Assembly (NCBI GenBank): GCA_943787795.1 | Contig: CALSNU010000001.1 | Location: forward strand, 640,001-704,000 | Source: an uncultured bacterium | GTDB lineage: Bacteria > Planctomycetota > UBA1135 > GCA-002686595 | Direction of reading: 5' to 3' | DNA: 64,000 nt | Part shown: positions 50,142-59,709 of the stretch, one piece after another | Position numbering within the stretch: position 1 is the first letter of the stretch | How the letters are laid out: the number at the start of each line of letters is the position of its first letter | Made by a program: the position numbers and the translations under genes | The notes under the pieces: generated by a model | Seen by the model: only the letters and a program-made list of their open reading frames with translations | Databases searched by the model: none | What the model was told of the DNA's origin: nothing

Positions 50142-51104
50142 ATGAAGACCCCGGCTCTCGCCCTCTCCGCGTTCGCCGCCGCGTTCCTGACCTTGAACGA
50201 AGCCTCCTCCGGCGAGGGCGGGATCTACGCTTCCGCTCCACTGGGTGCGGGGCGCCAGGAGACGGAGACGGGGCCCTCCGGTCCACCGCGGCCGACCCAA
50301 GGCCCGGCCGGTACGAACGCTCAGGACTCGACGGAGGAGCAGGCCCAGCTGGTCAGCGCCTTTCGAGCGATGGGCATCCAGCTCTCGACGGAGGTGAAGG
50401 CGCTCGGCTTCAGCGCCAGGGTCGAGATCTTGAACGAGCTGCTCGAGTACCTGCTCTCCACCACCCAGGGCGCGACGCACGAGACCCTGTTCCTGACGGA
50501 CGTCAGCCCCGATGGCCTCACCGCGGCGATGCTCGCGCTCGGGGTGCCCCAGGGGTCCAACGTCAAGTACGTGGCGAAGGACCCGCCTCCGACTCGAGAG
50601 GAGGTGCGTAGCGGCGTTCGCACCCACGACGTGGTGCCGCCTTCGGGCGGGGAGACATACCTCTACGCCGCGTGGCGCGAAGCGGCGGGAGCCCGGGATC
50701 CGCAGACCGGCGAGTTCCCCTCGGAGACGCTGCACTTCCATCGCATGGAGGACCTGCTGCTGGACCTTGTCCGTGGGCGCTCCATGCGCAGGCATGCGTG
50801 GAGCTGGATCGGGTCTCGCATGATTCAGGACCCGGGCAGCGGCGGGGGCCAGGTGCTGGCGGCTACGGCCATGGGCAACCTCATCAACGTGGCCTTCTTC
50901 TCCCAGGGCGACACCCTCGTCACCGCGGCGCTCCCCGAGTGTGTCGTGCAGACCGGCTGGCGCCCGAACGTCTGGCTCCTCCCGGACACCGGGTCCGAGG
51001 TCCTCTTCATCATGTCCACCGTGGAGCTCGACGGGCTGCCCGGGGACCTGCGGGCCTCGGTGCCCTTCGTCCCTGAACCGGTGGGGGAGACGAGTCCGCG
51101 CTGA
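50142..51104 (+). CDS. YdjY-like domain exported protein
   Basis: Signal peptide; LEYLL....GATHETLF...ALG; W.WIGS. Confidence 0.65.
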   Translation: MKTPALALSAFAAAFLTLNEASSGEGGIYASAPLGAGRQETETGPSGPPRPTQGPAGTNAQDSTEEQAQLVSAFRAMGIQLSTEVKALGFSARVEILNELLEYLLSTTQGATHETLFLTDVSPDGLTAAMLALGVPQGSNVKYVAKDPPPTREEVRSGVRTHDVVPPSGGETYLYAAWREAAGARDPQTGEFPSETLHFHRMEDLLLDLVRGRSMRRHAWSWIGSRMIQDPGSGGGQVLAATAMGNLINVAFFSQGDTLVTAALPECVVQTGWRPNVWLLPDTGSEVLFIMSTVELDGLPGDLRASVPFVPEPVGETSPR

Positions 51105-52417
51105 TGGCGTCACCAAGGGAGCACTCCACCCGGCTGAAGGCGGCGCCCGCGCTGCGCGCTGTCGTCCAGCTGAACCGCGTTGTGGCCGGTCGGGCCCGGC
51201 AGGGTTACGCGGCGCAGGGCATCTGCATGGCCATCTCCACCGCCGCGGTGACCGCTGCCCTGGCCGTGCTGAGCGGGTCGGACCTCGAGCGGCCTGACCT
51301 GCTCGTGCTCGCCCTGATCCTGGGGTCGCTCACCTTCTTCATGTGGCGACGAGAAAACGCCGTCTCGGACGGCGCGGTCGCAGCGCGCGTCGACGGGGAG
51401 CTCGCGCTCCGCGGCGCCTACCTGGCGGCCCACGAGGCCGGGAGGGAGCCCGACCCGTCGTTGATGTCGGAGCTCGGCGCGGAGCGTGTCCTGGCGGGCA
51501 TCTCACGAGGGGAGGTGCTCGAGGTGGCGACGCCTCATACCCTGGCCTTCGTCGGGCTGCCGCTGACCGCGGTGGCGGTTCTTGTCGTTTGTGTGGGGGC
51601 CCGCGAGGAGTCCGGCGGTTCCGGTCAGGGTGATCGAGCCCGGTCCTTCGCGCTCTCATCGGACCTGGCGGCTTTGGCCCGCGACGGCGCCGGGGTGATG
51701 GACGACGCGACCCGCGAGGAACTTGAGCGCGCGGCGGCTTCGGCGGCCTCCGGGGCGACGTCAGGTCGCCGGCGTGACCAGATGCGGGAGGTCGCTGAGG
51801 AGCTGGAGGCTCTCGCGATGGAGGCGCCCCCGGGCTCGGAGCTCGCGGAGGCGCTGGCGAAGGCCGCGGCCACCGCGGAGTCCATGTCCCTCGAACCTGG
51901 GAATCAAGAACCTGGCGCTCCGCCTGAGCGGCAGTCCAGCTCCGCGGAGCGTGACTCCGGTGATCCGCGTGGGGCCAGGAGAGAGGGCGAGGCGGATCGC
52001 CGTCGATTGGAAGGGGCCGATGAGGCAGCGGCGACGTCTGGCGTCGGCCCAGGCGGCCTTGCGCCTTCAGGCGACGACCCCGACCGTCCGGAGAGACCGG
52101 GGCCAGAGTCCACAGGGACGGAGGCCGGCGAGGTGCCGGGCGCTCTGACCGGCGGGGTCAGCCTCGTCGCAGAGGCGTCGGTGACCGAAGAGCCCTCGAC
52201 TCGTACGATCCTCACGCCGCGATGGTGGGATCAGAGAGACGAAGGGCTTGTCTCGCGCTGGGTCGCGCAGCAGCGCGCCGCGGGCGCTCCTGGCGGCTCA
52301 GGGTCCCCAGGGGGCGCTGGGTCTTCAGGCGGCACAGGGGCTCGTGGTGGGGCAGAATCTCCAAACGAAGCCCAGCCCCAAGGCGGCGTAGGAGACCCGA
52401 GCGGCGGCGGGCAATGA
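51104..52417 (+). CDS. Hypothetical membrane protein with coiled-coil and low-complexity tail
   Basis: Three TM segments, Ala/Glu-rich helices, Gly-rich tail with 6-residue repeats; 1-nt overlap with the upstream stop. Confidence 0.65.
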   Translation: MASPREHSTRLKAAPALRAVVQLNRVVAGRARQGYAAQGICMAISTAAVTAALAVLSGSDLERPDLLVLALILGSLTFFMWRRENAVSDGAVAARVDGELALRGAYLAAHEAGREPDPSLMSELGAERVLAGISRGEVLEVATPHTLAFVGLPLTAVAVLVVCVGAREESGGSGQGDRARSFALSSDLAALARDGAGVMDDATREELERAAASAASGATSGRRRDQMREVAEELEALAMEAPPGSELAEALAKAAATAESMSLEPGNQEPGAPPERQSSSAERDSGDPRGARREGEADRRRLEGADEAAATSGVGPGGLAPSGDDPDRPERPGPESTGTEAGEVPGALTGGVSLVAEASVTEEPSTRTILTPRWWDQRDEGLVSRWVAQQRAAGAPGGSGSPGGAGSSGGTGARGGAESPNEAQPQGGVGDPSGGGQ

Positions 52418-52568
52418 TCCTGCAAATGCCCGTCCAGGGCGGGACGCCAGCCAGGACTTCGTTCACAATCTTCCGCCCAGATCTCCGCTCCGACCTCTGG
52501 CCTGCCTGCCTGCGCTGGATCGGAGCTCGCGCCCTCCTCCCCCTGCGATCTCCCTCGCCGACACGAAC

Positions 52569-53795
52569 GTGACCGACTCGACTGCTGCACCTGGACCCAC
52601 GGGCCTCTGGCTCGTCGGCGCACGCGGAGCGATCTCCACCTGCGTGGCCTACGGCGTCGCCGGCCTTCGTAACGGTCTGGTCTCCCCGGTCGGGCTGCCC
52701 TCGGAGTTCCCTCCGTTGAATGGGTTGCCTCTCGTGCCGCTGGAGGACCTGGTCCTCGGTGGACATGACGTCTGCACCCGGGATCTTTCCTCCTCGGCTG
52801 GCGAGCTCATCCGCGCGGGCATCCTCTCTCAGGAACTCGTGGCGTCCACGACCGCGGAGGCGACGGCCTTCGAGGCCGCCATTCGGCCCGGGGTGCTGGA
52901 CGCCGCTGATACAGGGTTCGCCGACCTGGATGCGCGCGCGGCAGACCTTGGCAGCAAGCCTCCCCGGGAGCAGATCGCCCAGCTCGTAGCTGACCTGGAC
53001 GGGTTCATGGCAGACCACGGGTTGGCGAGGACCGTCGTGGTGCACGTCGCCAGCACCGAGGCGGAGTTCGCGCCTCAGGCCGCCTGGGACTCGCTCGAGG
53101 CCCTCGAGGCCGCGCTCGATGCTGGCGTGGACCAGCCGGCTTCGGTGATCTACGCCTACGCCGCCATCTCCTCTGGCCGTCCCTTCGTCAACTTCACGCC
53201 GAGTATCGGCGCAGGGATTCCCGCCCTCCTCGAGCTCGCCGAGCAGGCTGGGGTCCCGGTGGCTGGGAACGACGGCAAGACCGGCGAGACGCTGCTCAAG
53301 ACGGCGCTCGCGCCGATGTTCAAGGCGCGGGCGCTCAACGTGCTCGCGTGGCAGGGCTACAACATGCTGGGCAACCGGGATGGCGAGGTCCTGAAGGACC
53401 CGGCGCACAAGGCCAAGAAGCTGAAGACCAAGGACGAGGCGCTCCGCTCGATCCTCGAGGGGAGCTCGCCGGACCTCTCGACCCAGGTGGGGATCGACTA
53501 TGTCCCCTCGCTGGGGGACTGGAAGACCGCCATGGACTTCGTCCACTTCGAGGGTTTCCTGGGTGCGAAGATGTCGCTGCAGTTCACCTGGTCTGGCTGC
53601 GACTCGGCCCTTGCTGCGCCCCTGATCATCGACCTGGCTCGCCTCGCAGACCTCGCGAGCCGCCGGGGTGAGGCCGGCGCCCTCGAGCACCTTGCGGGCT
53701 ACTTCAAGGCCCCTCTTGGGGACGCCGTCGATCACGATTTTCACCGCCAGATGGAACTCCTCCATCGCTACGCCAACGACATCGAGCAACGATGA
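52569..53795 (+). CDS. ino1: Myo-inositol-1-phosphate synthase
   Basis: VGARG, VASTE, FVNFTPS, GNDGKTGETLLK, NMLGNRDG, GDWKTA, GCDSALAAPL. Confidence 0.93.
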   Translation: MTDSTAAPGPTGLWLVGARGAISTCVAYGVAGLRNGLVSPVGLPSEFPPLNGLPLVPLEDLVLGGHDVCTRDLSSSAGELIRAGILSQELVASTTAEATAFEAAIRPGVLDAADTGFADLDARAADLGSKPPREQIAQLVADLDGFMADHGLARTVVVHVASTEAEFAPQAAWDSLEALEAALDAGVDQPASVIYAYAAISSGRPFVNFTPSIGAGIPALLELAEQAGVPVAGNDGKTGETLLKTALAPMFKARALNVLAWQGYNMLGNRDGEVLKDPAHKAKKLKTKDEALRSILEGSSPDLSTQVGIDYVPSLGDWKTAMDFVHFEGFLGAKMSLQFTWSGCDSALAAPLIIDLARLADLASRRGEAGALEHLAGYFKAPLGDAVDHDFHRQMELLHRYANDIEQR

Positions 53796-55711
53796 ACCAG
53801 CACGACGCCGCCTCCTTCTCTGCCCTCGTCGACCAGCAGCTTGAGGCCGCCAAGGGGGGGCTCGAGGACCTGCTCGCGCTGCCCTCGGGTGCCAGCGCCG
53901 AGGACGTCTCCAGGACCTTTGATGGCATCGGGCGGGAGGTCGGAGAGGTCTCCGGGCTCGCCGAGCTCTTCTCGTCGGTGCACCCCGACGAGGCGGTGCG
54001 CGAGGCAGCCGAGGTCGCGAGCCAGCGGATCTCAGCGTTCGTGACCGAGCTGAATCTCCACCGCGGCGCGTACGAGCGCTTCGCGGAGCTCGACGTGGAG
54101 GAGGACCTTGCGGCCGACGTGCGGCGCTACGTGCAGCACGCGCTGCGTGACTACCGCCGGAGCGGCGTGGACAAGGATGACGCGACCCGTGAGCGGGTGC
54201 GGGCGCTGCAGGAGGAACTCATCCATGTGGGGCAGGAGTTCGACCGGAACATCATGGCCGGCGGCCGGACGCTTCGCCTCGCCGAGGGGCACGCGGCCCT
54301 CGAAGGACTGCCCGCGGACTTCCTCGCGGCCCACCCCGAGGACGAGGACGGGTCAGTGACCCTGTCGACCGATCCCACGGACTTCCTCCCGGTCATGCTC
54401 TACGCCGACCGGGATGACGTGCGGCGCGACCTCCACAAGGAGTTCAACCTGCGCGCCTTCCCCGAGAACGTCGACGTGCTCAACCGCCTGCTGGCCAAGC
54501 GGCACGAGCTGGCGACCACCCTCGGGTATGACCACTGGGCTCACTGGGCATGTGACGACAAGATGGTGGGCACCGCGCAGGCGGCGCGAGACTTTGCGGA
54601 GCGAGTCTCTGCTCGAGCCAAGCCGGTGGGGGAGGCCGAGTTCGGCGACCTGCTTGAGGAGCTGAGGTCCATCGATCCCTCGGCTGAGCGGGTCGAGGCC
54701 TGGCAGTCGCGCTACCTCGCAGAGCGCGTCAAGCGGCGCAAGCACAGCTTCGACTCCCAGTCGGTCCGGCCCTACTTTGCCTACGACCGGGTGCGGGACG
54801 GCATCCTCTCGACCACGGAGATGCTCTTCGGGGTGCAGATCAAGCGGTCCGACGCGGGCTCTCCCTGGCACGGGTCCGTCGAGTGCTACGACGTCTTCGA
54901 GGGTGATCGACCGGTGGCTCGCTTCTACCTCGACATGTTCCCCAGGGACGGCAAGTTCAAGCACGCCGCGATGTTTCAGATGCGGAGCGGCGTCGAGGGC
55001 GGAGCTCTCCCGGAGGCGGCGCTGGTCTGTAACTTCCCGGCGCCCACGGACAGCGACCCCGCGCTGCTCCTGCATGACCAGGTCACGACCTTCTTCCATG
55101 AAGTCGGTCACTTGCTCCATCACCTGTTCTCCACCCACCGCTTCCATGGCTTCGCCGGGATCGCCTGCGAGTGGGACTTCGTCGAGGTTCCCTCGCAGCT
55201 CTACGAGGAGTGGGGGTGGAGTGCCGGGGTACTGCAGCGCTTCGCGACCCATCACGAGACCGGAGCGCCCATCCCCGAGGCGCTGGTGAACAAGCTCAGA
55301 GCTGCCGAGGAGTTTGGCAAGGGCATGAATGTCATGGGCCAGATGCTCTACGCTCTGTTCGCCCTCACGCTGTACGACCGTGATCCCGCGGGGGTGGACC
55401 CCGGGGAGCTGCTGGGTCAACTGCAGCGGGACCTGACGTTCTTCGAGAAGGTCCCGGGGACCGCGATGCAGTGCGCCTTCGGCCACCTCCACGGCTACTC
55501 GTCGAACTACTACACCTACATGTGGTCCCTGGTGATCTCGAAGGACTTCGCGAGCGAGTTCGGCGGAGACCTCATGAGCCCCGAGAAGGCTCAGCGCTAC
55601 CGGGACACGGTCCTCGGTCAGGGTGGTTCCGATGACGCCGGGGCCATGGCCGCGGCGTTTCTCGGGCGGGAGACCTCCTTCGATGCCTGGGAAGCCTGGT
55701 TGAAGGCCTGA
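53792..55711 (+). CDS. M3 family zinc oligopeptidase (thimet-like)
   Basis: YLDMFPRDGK, FHEVGH, DFVEVPSQLYE, FGHL.GY...YYTYMWS. Confidence 0.94.
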   Translation: MNQHDAASFSALVDQQLEAAKGGLEDLLALPSGASAEDVSRTFDGIGREVGEVSGLAELFSSVHPDEAVREAAEVASQRISAFVTELNLHRGAYERFAELDVEEDLAADVRRYVQHALRDYRRSGVDKDDATRERVRALQEELIHVGQEFDRNIMAGGRTLRLAEGHAALEGLPADFLAAHPEDEDGSVTLSTDPTDFLPVMLYADRDDVRRDLHKEFNLRAFPENVDVLNRLLAKRHELATTLGYDHWAHWACDDKMVGTAQAARDFAERVSARAKPVGEAEFGDLLEELRSIDPSAERVEAWQSRYLAERVKRRKHSFDSQSVRPYFAYDRVRDGILSTTEMLFGVQIKRSDAGSPWHGSVECYDVFEGDRPVARFYLDMFPRDGKFKHAAMFQMRSGVEGGALPEAALVCNFPAPTDSDPALLLHDQVTTFFHEVGHLLHHLFSTHRFHGFAGIACEWDFVEVPSQLYEEWGWSAGVLQRFATHHETGAPIPEALVNKLRAAEEFGKGMNVMGQMLYALFALTLYDRDPAGVDPGELLGQLQRDLTFFEKVPGTAMQCAFGHLHGYSSNYYTYMWSLVISKDFASEFGGDLMSPEKAQRYRDTVLGQGGSDDAGAMAAAFLGRETSFDAWEAWLKA

Positions 55712-55906
55712 TCCCTCAGGGGCCGTGCCGTGCGGGGCGGCATCAAGTCGGGCCACCGGGGCAGGTTTTGGGGTGCCGCTAAGTCCTTTTTCGGTGTGGC
55801 CTTGGGTCGCACTCGCCATGCTAGGGGCCGGAGGTGAGTCTGTCGTTCGCAAGAAAATGAGGCACCTGAGCGTCTCCAGACGCATACCTCCTGCGAACAC
55901 GTTGTC

Positions 55907-56257
55907 ATGAGCCCCCTCCACCCCTCCACGGTCCCCCTGTCCGCGCCCCCGTCGGCTCGGGACAGCAGCTTCCGCCTCCTGGCGGTGGTGGGGCTTGTGT
56001 TGATCGGGACGGCCCTGTCCGTGACGGCCTTCCTTGCGAGTGACTCGGTCGTGCGCGCCGCGGCGCCAGAAGAGGTCGAGCCCCCGGTGCTGCAGTACCT
56101 CCCTGAGCCGGAGTCGTTCCGCACGACCTCCCTTATCTGGAGCGGCGCCCGTCCTGGCGCATCCGGCGATGATCTCGGCGACGGGGCCAGCACCGCAAGC
56201 GGGCTCCGCCTTCGCCGGCTGCCGAGGTCCTGGAACCTGGGCGTGGCGCGAGGCTGA
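55907..56257 (+). CDS. Small hypothetical single-pass membrane protein
   Basis: One strong hydrophobic helix (LLAVVGLVLIGTALSVTAFLA); no recognisable family. Confidence 0.45.
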   Translation: MSPLHPSTVPLSAPPSARDSSFRLLAVVGLVLIGTALSVTAFLASDSVVRAAAPEEVEPPVLQYLPEPESFRTTSLIWSGARPGASGDDLGDGASTASGLRLRRLPRSWNLGVARG

Positions 56258-56329
56258 GTAGCGCGAGGCTGAGTAGCCCGAGGCTGAATAGCTCGAGGCT
56301 GAGCAGCGCGGGACTGAGCCGCGCGAGGC
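56246..56329. repeat. 15-bp degenerate tandem repeat GCGCGAGGCTGAGTA x5.6
   Basis: Two exact and three diverged units plus a partial unit, no spacers. Confidence 0.85.
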
Positions 56330-56378
56330 CCGCTGGTCATCCAACCTGGCCGCTTGCTGCTGTGGGTCCCGGGTGACG

Positions 56379-57053
56379 TCAGATCACCGTGTCGGTCCAG
56401 GCCGAGACCGCCTTGGCGATCTCTTCGAACACGCATTCCGGGTTCCGGCCGCTGCGTTTGAGGACCGCGAACGAGTGGTCTCCACCCTCGACCACGTGGA
56501 GGGTCTGCTGGCCTGCAAAGCGCTCGAGCGCGGGGCGCAACAGGTCGAGGTCCGCCAGCGCGTCGCGTGTGCCTTGCATGAACAGCGTGGGGACCTTGAC
56601 GGCCGGGAAGTGCTCCACCCGCTGCCGCTCCGGCTTGCCTGGCGGGTGGAGTGGATAACCCAAGAGGATCAGGCCATCGAGCGCGGCACCCTCCGCAGCC
56701 AGGAGGCTCGCGATCCTCCCGCCAAGAGACTTCCCGCCGCCGATCAGCGGGAGATCGGGGAAGCGAGCTCGCGCGGCGTCCAGGGCCGCCTGGTGAACGG
56801 CCTCCAGCGCGGGCCGTCGCTCCGGAGGCCGGCGCCCGCCCGTGCGCACCATCAGCTCGGCGTAGGCATAGTTGAACCGCATGACCGCCAGGCCCGCGGC
56901 CCGGGCGATGCTCGGCGCGATCTCCTCGAGGAAGGCGGAGGACATCGGCGCGCCTGAACCGTGGGCGAGGACAAAGGTGGCTCGCGGAGCCTCCTCGGGC
57001 AGATCCCAGATGACCGAGACCTGACGGACCCCTTGATGGGGGACCGTGAGCAT
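56379..57053 (-). CDS. Alpha/beta hydrolase (dienelactone hydrolase / KANSL3-like)
   Basis: LAHGSGA, GGKSLGGR, YPLHPPG, QGTRD, GGDHSF. Confidence 0.9.
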   Translation of the reverse strand: MLTVPHQGVRQVSVIWDLPEEAPRATFVLAHGSGAPMSSAFLEEIAPSIARAAGLAVMRFNYAYAELMVRTGGRRPPERRPALEAVHQAALDAARARFPDLPLIGGGKSLGGRIASLLAAEGAALDGLILLGYPLHPPGKPERQRVEHFPAVKVPTLFMQGTRDALADLDLLRPALERFAGQQTLHVVEGGDHSFAVLKRSGRNPECVFEEIAKAVSAWTDTVI

Positions 57054-57067
57054 CGCTTCCTCTCTCC

Positions 57068-58174
57068 TCAACTCGCCCCCTCCTCGACGAGGGCCCCGTC
57101 CCGTGAGAGCAGGACCGCGATCCAGCGGGTCGAGCTCACGTTGGCGAGGATCAGGAGGGCGATGTTCGTCATCGGGACGCAGAGGAACGCTCCGGGCACC
57201 CCCCAGAGCATGCTCCACCCCACGAGGGCCGTGATCACGAGGAGCGGGCTCATGTTCAGGCGCCGGCCGAGCAGGTTGGGCTCCACCACGTTGGCGACGA
57301 TCAGCTGCACGCTGGTGATCCCGAGGGCGACGAGGGCGAAGGGACGAAGGGTGTCAAACTGGACCAGGGCGATGCTCGAGGGGAGCAACGTGGCGACGAG
57401 CGAGCCCACGTTGGGGATGAAGTTGAACGCGAAGATCAGCAGCGCCCAGAACTCAGCGAAGTCTAGGCCGACCCAGAGCATGATCCCGTAAGCGGGGAGC
57501 GCGGTGATCAGGCTGACCAGGGACTTCAGCCCCAGGTAGACGCTCACGTCGTGGTCGATCCTCTGCAGGATGCCCACCACCTCAGCGCGCCGTTCGCTGT
57601 CCTGGAAGATGAGCGCCATCTTGCGCTCGAAGAAGGGGCGCTCTAGCAGCAGGAAGAACAGGTAGACCAGAACAACGGAGAGGCTGCCGACCGCGCTCGC
57701 CACGCCCGAGGCGAGCTGAGTCGCGAGGCCTGCGACGTTGAGGTGCTTCAGGAAACGATCCGATAGGTCCGCCGCGCCGGGCTCGATGTCGAGACCCAGC
57801 ACGTTGGCCTCGAACTGGTTGATGAGTTCCGTGAGCCGCGTCTGGTATCCGGGCGCGGCCGCCGCGATGCCCCCGGCGTTGGCTGCGATCAGATTGATGA
57901 TGCTGGCGCCCACAATGGTGAGGAACGCGGCCGACAGAAAGGTCGTCATCACCGGGGGCAGCCTGTGCCCGCCGATGAGGACCCGCCCCCAGACTCGATC
58001 GAGGGCTTGGACGAGGATGAACGCGAAGGCAGCCAGGACCAGCGGCACGAGGAAGGATTTGGCGACCACGATGAGCCAGCCGCCGACGGCGACCGTCAGC
58101 AGCACGGCCGCGGTCTGTCGCGCTCCGCGAGGGCGCTCTCCGAGGATCTCGGCTGCGTCGTCATTCCGTGCCAT
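57068..58174 (-). CDS. AI-2E family transporter
   Basis: Multi-TM; FNFIPNVG, NVVEP, LNMSPL, WGVPGAFLCVP. Confidence 0.92.
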   Translation of the reverse strand: MARNDDAAEILGERPRGARQTAAVLLTVAVGGWLIVVAKSFLVPLVLAAFAFILVQALDRVWGRVLIGGHRLPPVMTTFLSAAFLTIVGASIINLIAANAGGIAAAAPGYQTRLTELINQFEANVLGLDIEPGAADLSDRFLKHLNVAGLATQLASGVASAVGSLSVVLVYLFFLLLERPFFERKMALIFQDSERRAEVVGILQRIDHDVSVYLGLKSLVSLITALPAYGIMLWVGLDFAEFWALLIFAFNFIPNVGSLVATLLPSSIALVQFDTLRPFALVALGITSVQLIVANVVEPNLLGRRLNMSPLLVITALVGWSMLWGVPGAFLCVPMTNIALLILANVSSTRWIAVLLSRDGALVEEGAS

Positions 58175-58302
58175 GGGCCGATACTATCCAACCCTGAGCC
58201 CGTTCCGATGGGGGGACCGGGTCAACGGTGGGGGCGAGCCGGCCGCTGTCCCTCCCGCTGCGAACCGCGTCCGCGGGGCGGTCCCACTCGAACCCTAGAG
58301 CA

Positions 58303-59172
58303 ATGAAGATCCTCTCTGACTTCGACGGCGTCTGGACGGATCAGGAGGGCGAGGCCCGTTTCATCAACGAGAGCTTCACCCTCGAGGTCGCGAGCGACCT
58401 CGGGCTGTCAGCGGAGGACGCCCGCAGTGAATTCGACGGGTTCCTACGGGCTGCCCATGCGGCGCCGGACCGGCACGGCTGGTGGCCGAGAGGCTTCCTC
58501 ACGGCCTTCGTGGACGAGGACGAGCTCCTGGCCACGGGGGCGGTGTGCCGCTACCTGGACGATGGAGGTGACGCGCCTGGTGCCGAGCGATGGCGGGTGG
58601 GGATCCGGCGAGCGGGGTACGGCTCGGCCCACGAGTACGGCTCCGAGAAGTTCGGGCCGGCCATGCGGACCTACCTTCGAGACCACGGCCACGGGCTCGT
58701 GGAAGGGGCGCGTGGGCTCTGCCGGCGCCTGCGGGACGCGCGTGTCGAGCTCGTGATTGTCTCCAACTCGCCGACCTCCAAGCTTCGCAAGCTCTTCAAC
58801 GACGCGGGCATCGAGGAGAGCGAGGGGCTACGCCTTGTCGGTGACGCGAGGAAGTGGTGGATCGAGAACGACGAACCTCGCGCCGAGTTTTCCGGCCGCA
58901 GCGTACACCTCGACCGACCCCACTACCGCCAGATCCTCACCCGGGAGCAGCCAGACCTCGTGATCGGTGACGTCGCCTCCCTGGACCTCGCGATGCCCGC
59001 GGCCATGCGCCGGGAGGGAGCGCTCCAACCCTCGACGCAGCTCGTTCTCCGGCAGAGCCCGAACTCCGCGGCCTGGGCGGTGGGGCAGATCGCCCTCGAT
59101 CCGTCCGAGCGGCTCGTCGACCGCTGCGTCTCGTCGGTCGTCGAGCTTGAGGACCTGGTGAAGGGCCCCTGA
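58303..59172 (+). CDS. HAD-superfamily hydrolase-like protein
   Basis: DFDGVWTD (motif I), IVSNS (motif II), VIGD..SLD (motif IV). Confidence 0.7.
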   Translation: MKILSDFDGVWTDQEGEARFINESFTLEVASDLGLSAEDARSEFDGFLRAAHAAPDRHGWWPRGFLTAFVDEDELLATGAVCRYLDDGGDAPGAERWRVGIRRAGYGSAHEYGSEKFGPAMRTYLRDHGHGLVEGARGLCRRLRDARVELVIVSNSPTSKLRKLFNDAGIEESEGLRLVGDARKWWIENDEPRAEFSGRSVHLDRPHYRQILTREQPDLVIGDVASLDLAMPAAMRREGALQPSTQLVLRQSPNSAAWAVGQIALDPSERLVDRCVSSVVELEDLVKGP

Positions 59173-59235
59173 GCCGAGGAGCGACGCGCCTGGATCCGGC
59201 GGTGCGCTCGCGTGTCGCCGGGACTAGGCTCCATG

Positions 59236-59709
59236 ATGATGGCACGACGCGGCGCAGGAGAGGGCGGGCTCGGGGCGCGGGCGGGCTGCCTCGGAGACCA
59301 GCATGTTGGCGGGGCAGACCGAACCAGGGGGCCAGCACAGCGGCCATTCCAGCGGCCAGCCAAGCGGCTATCCGAGCGGCCGTCCGAGCGGCCAGCCCAG
59401 CGGCGGGTCCAGCGCCAGCAGTTGGAAGCGGTCTGGTGCCGCCCAAGCCCGCCGTCCTGCGAAGCTCCCGTTGGAGCGCCAAGGGGCGCGGAGCGAACGG
59501 GGGCCTGGGTGATCCTGAACGACCTTGCGCGCCACGCGCGTGCTGATCGCTCCGTGTTGGCCCCCCCCGGCGGCTGCGTCCCCCTCCGTGCCTTGATGCA
59601 CGTGGGGCAGGGGGTGCTCGACCACGGTCTGCGGCGACCGGGCGAGGGCGCCTCCGGTGCCGCCGCTGGCGTGCGACGTCTCGTGACCCTCAGAGAGGAG
59701 CGCGGATGA
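59236..59709 (+). CDS. Doubtful hypothetical ORF upstream of mpg
   Basis: Stop overlaps the mpg ATG (ATGA) and TAGGCT precedes an ATG run, but composition is low-complexity and unrecognisable. Confidence 0.25.
   Translation: MMARRGAGEGGLGARAGCLGDQHVGGADRTRGPAQRPFQRPAKRLSERPSERPAQRRVQRQQLEAVWCRPSPPSCEAPVGAPRGAERTGAWVILNDLARHARADRSVLAPPGGCVPLRALMHVGQGVLDHGLRRPGEGASGAAAGVRRLVTLREERG
59338..59421. repeat. 12-bp degenerate tandem repeat (nAGCGGCnnnnC) x7
   Basis: CAGCGGCCATTC CAGCGGCCAGCC AAGCGGCTATCC GAGCGGCCGTCC GAGCGGCCAGCC CAGCGGCGGGTC CAGCGCCAGCAG. Confidence 0.75.

Noticed and set aside
56246..56329. Repeat arrays as a possible CRISPR
   Set aside because: Units are 12-18 bp, directly abutting, without spacers; no cas genes
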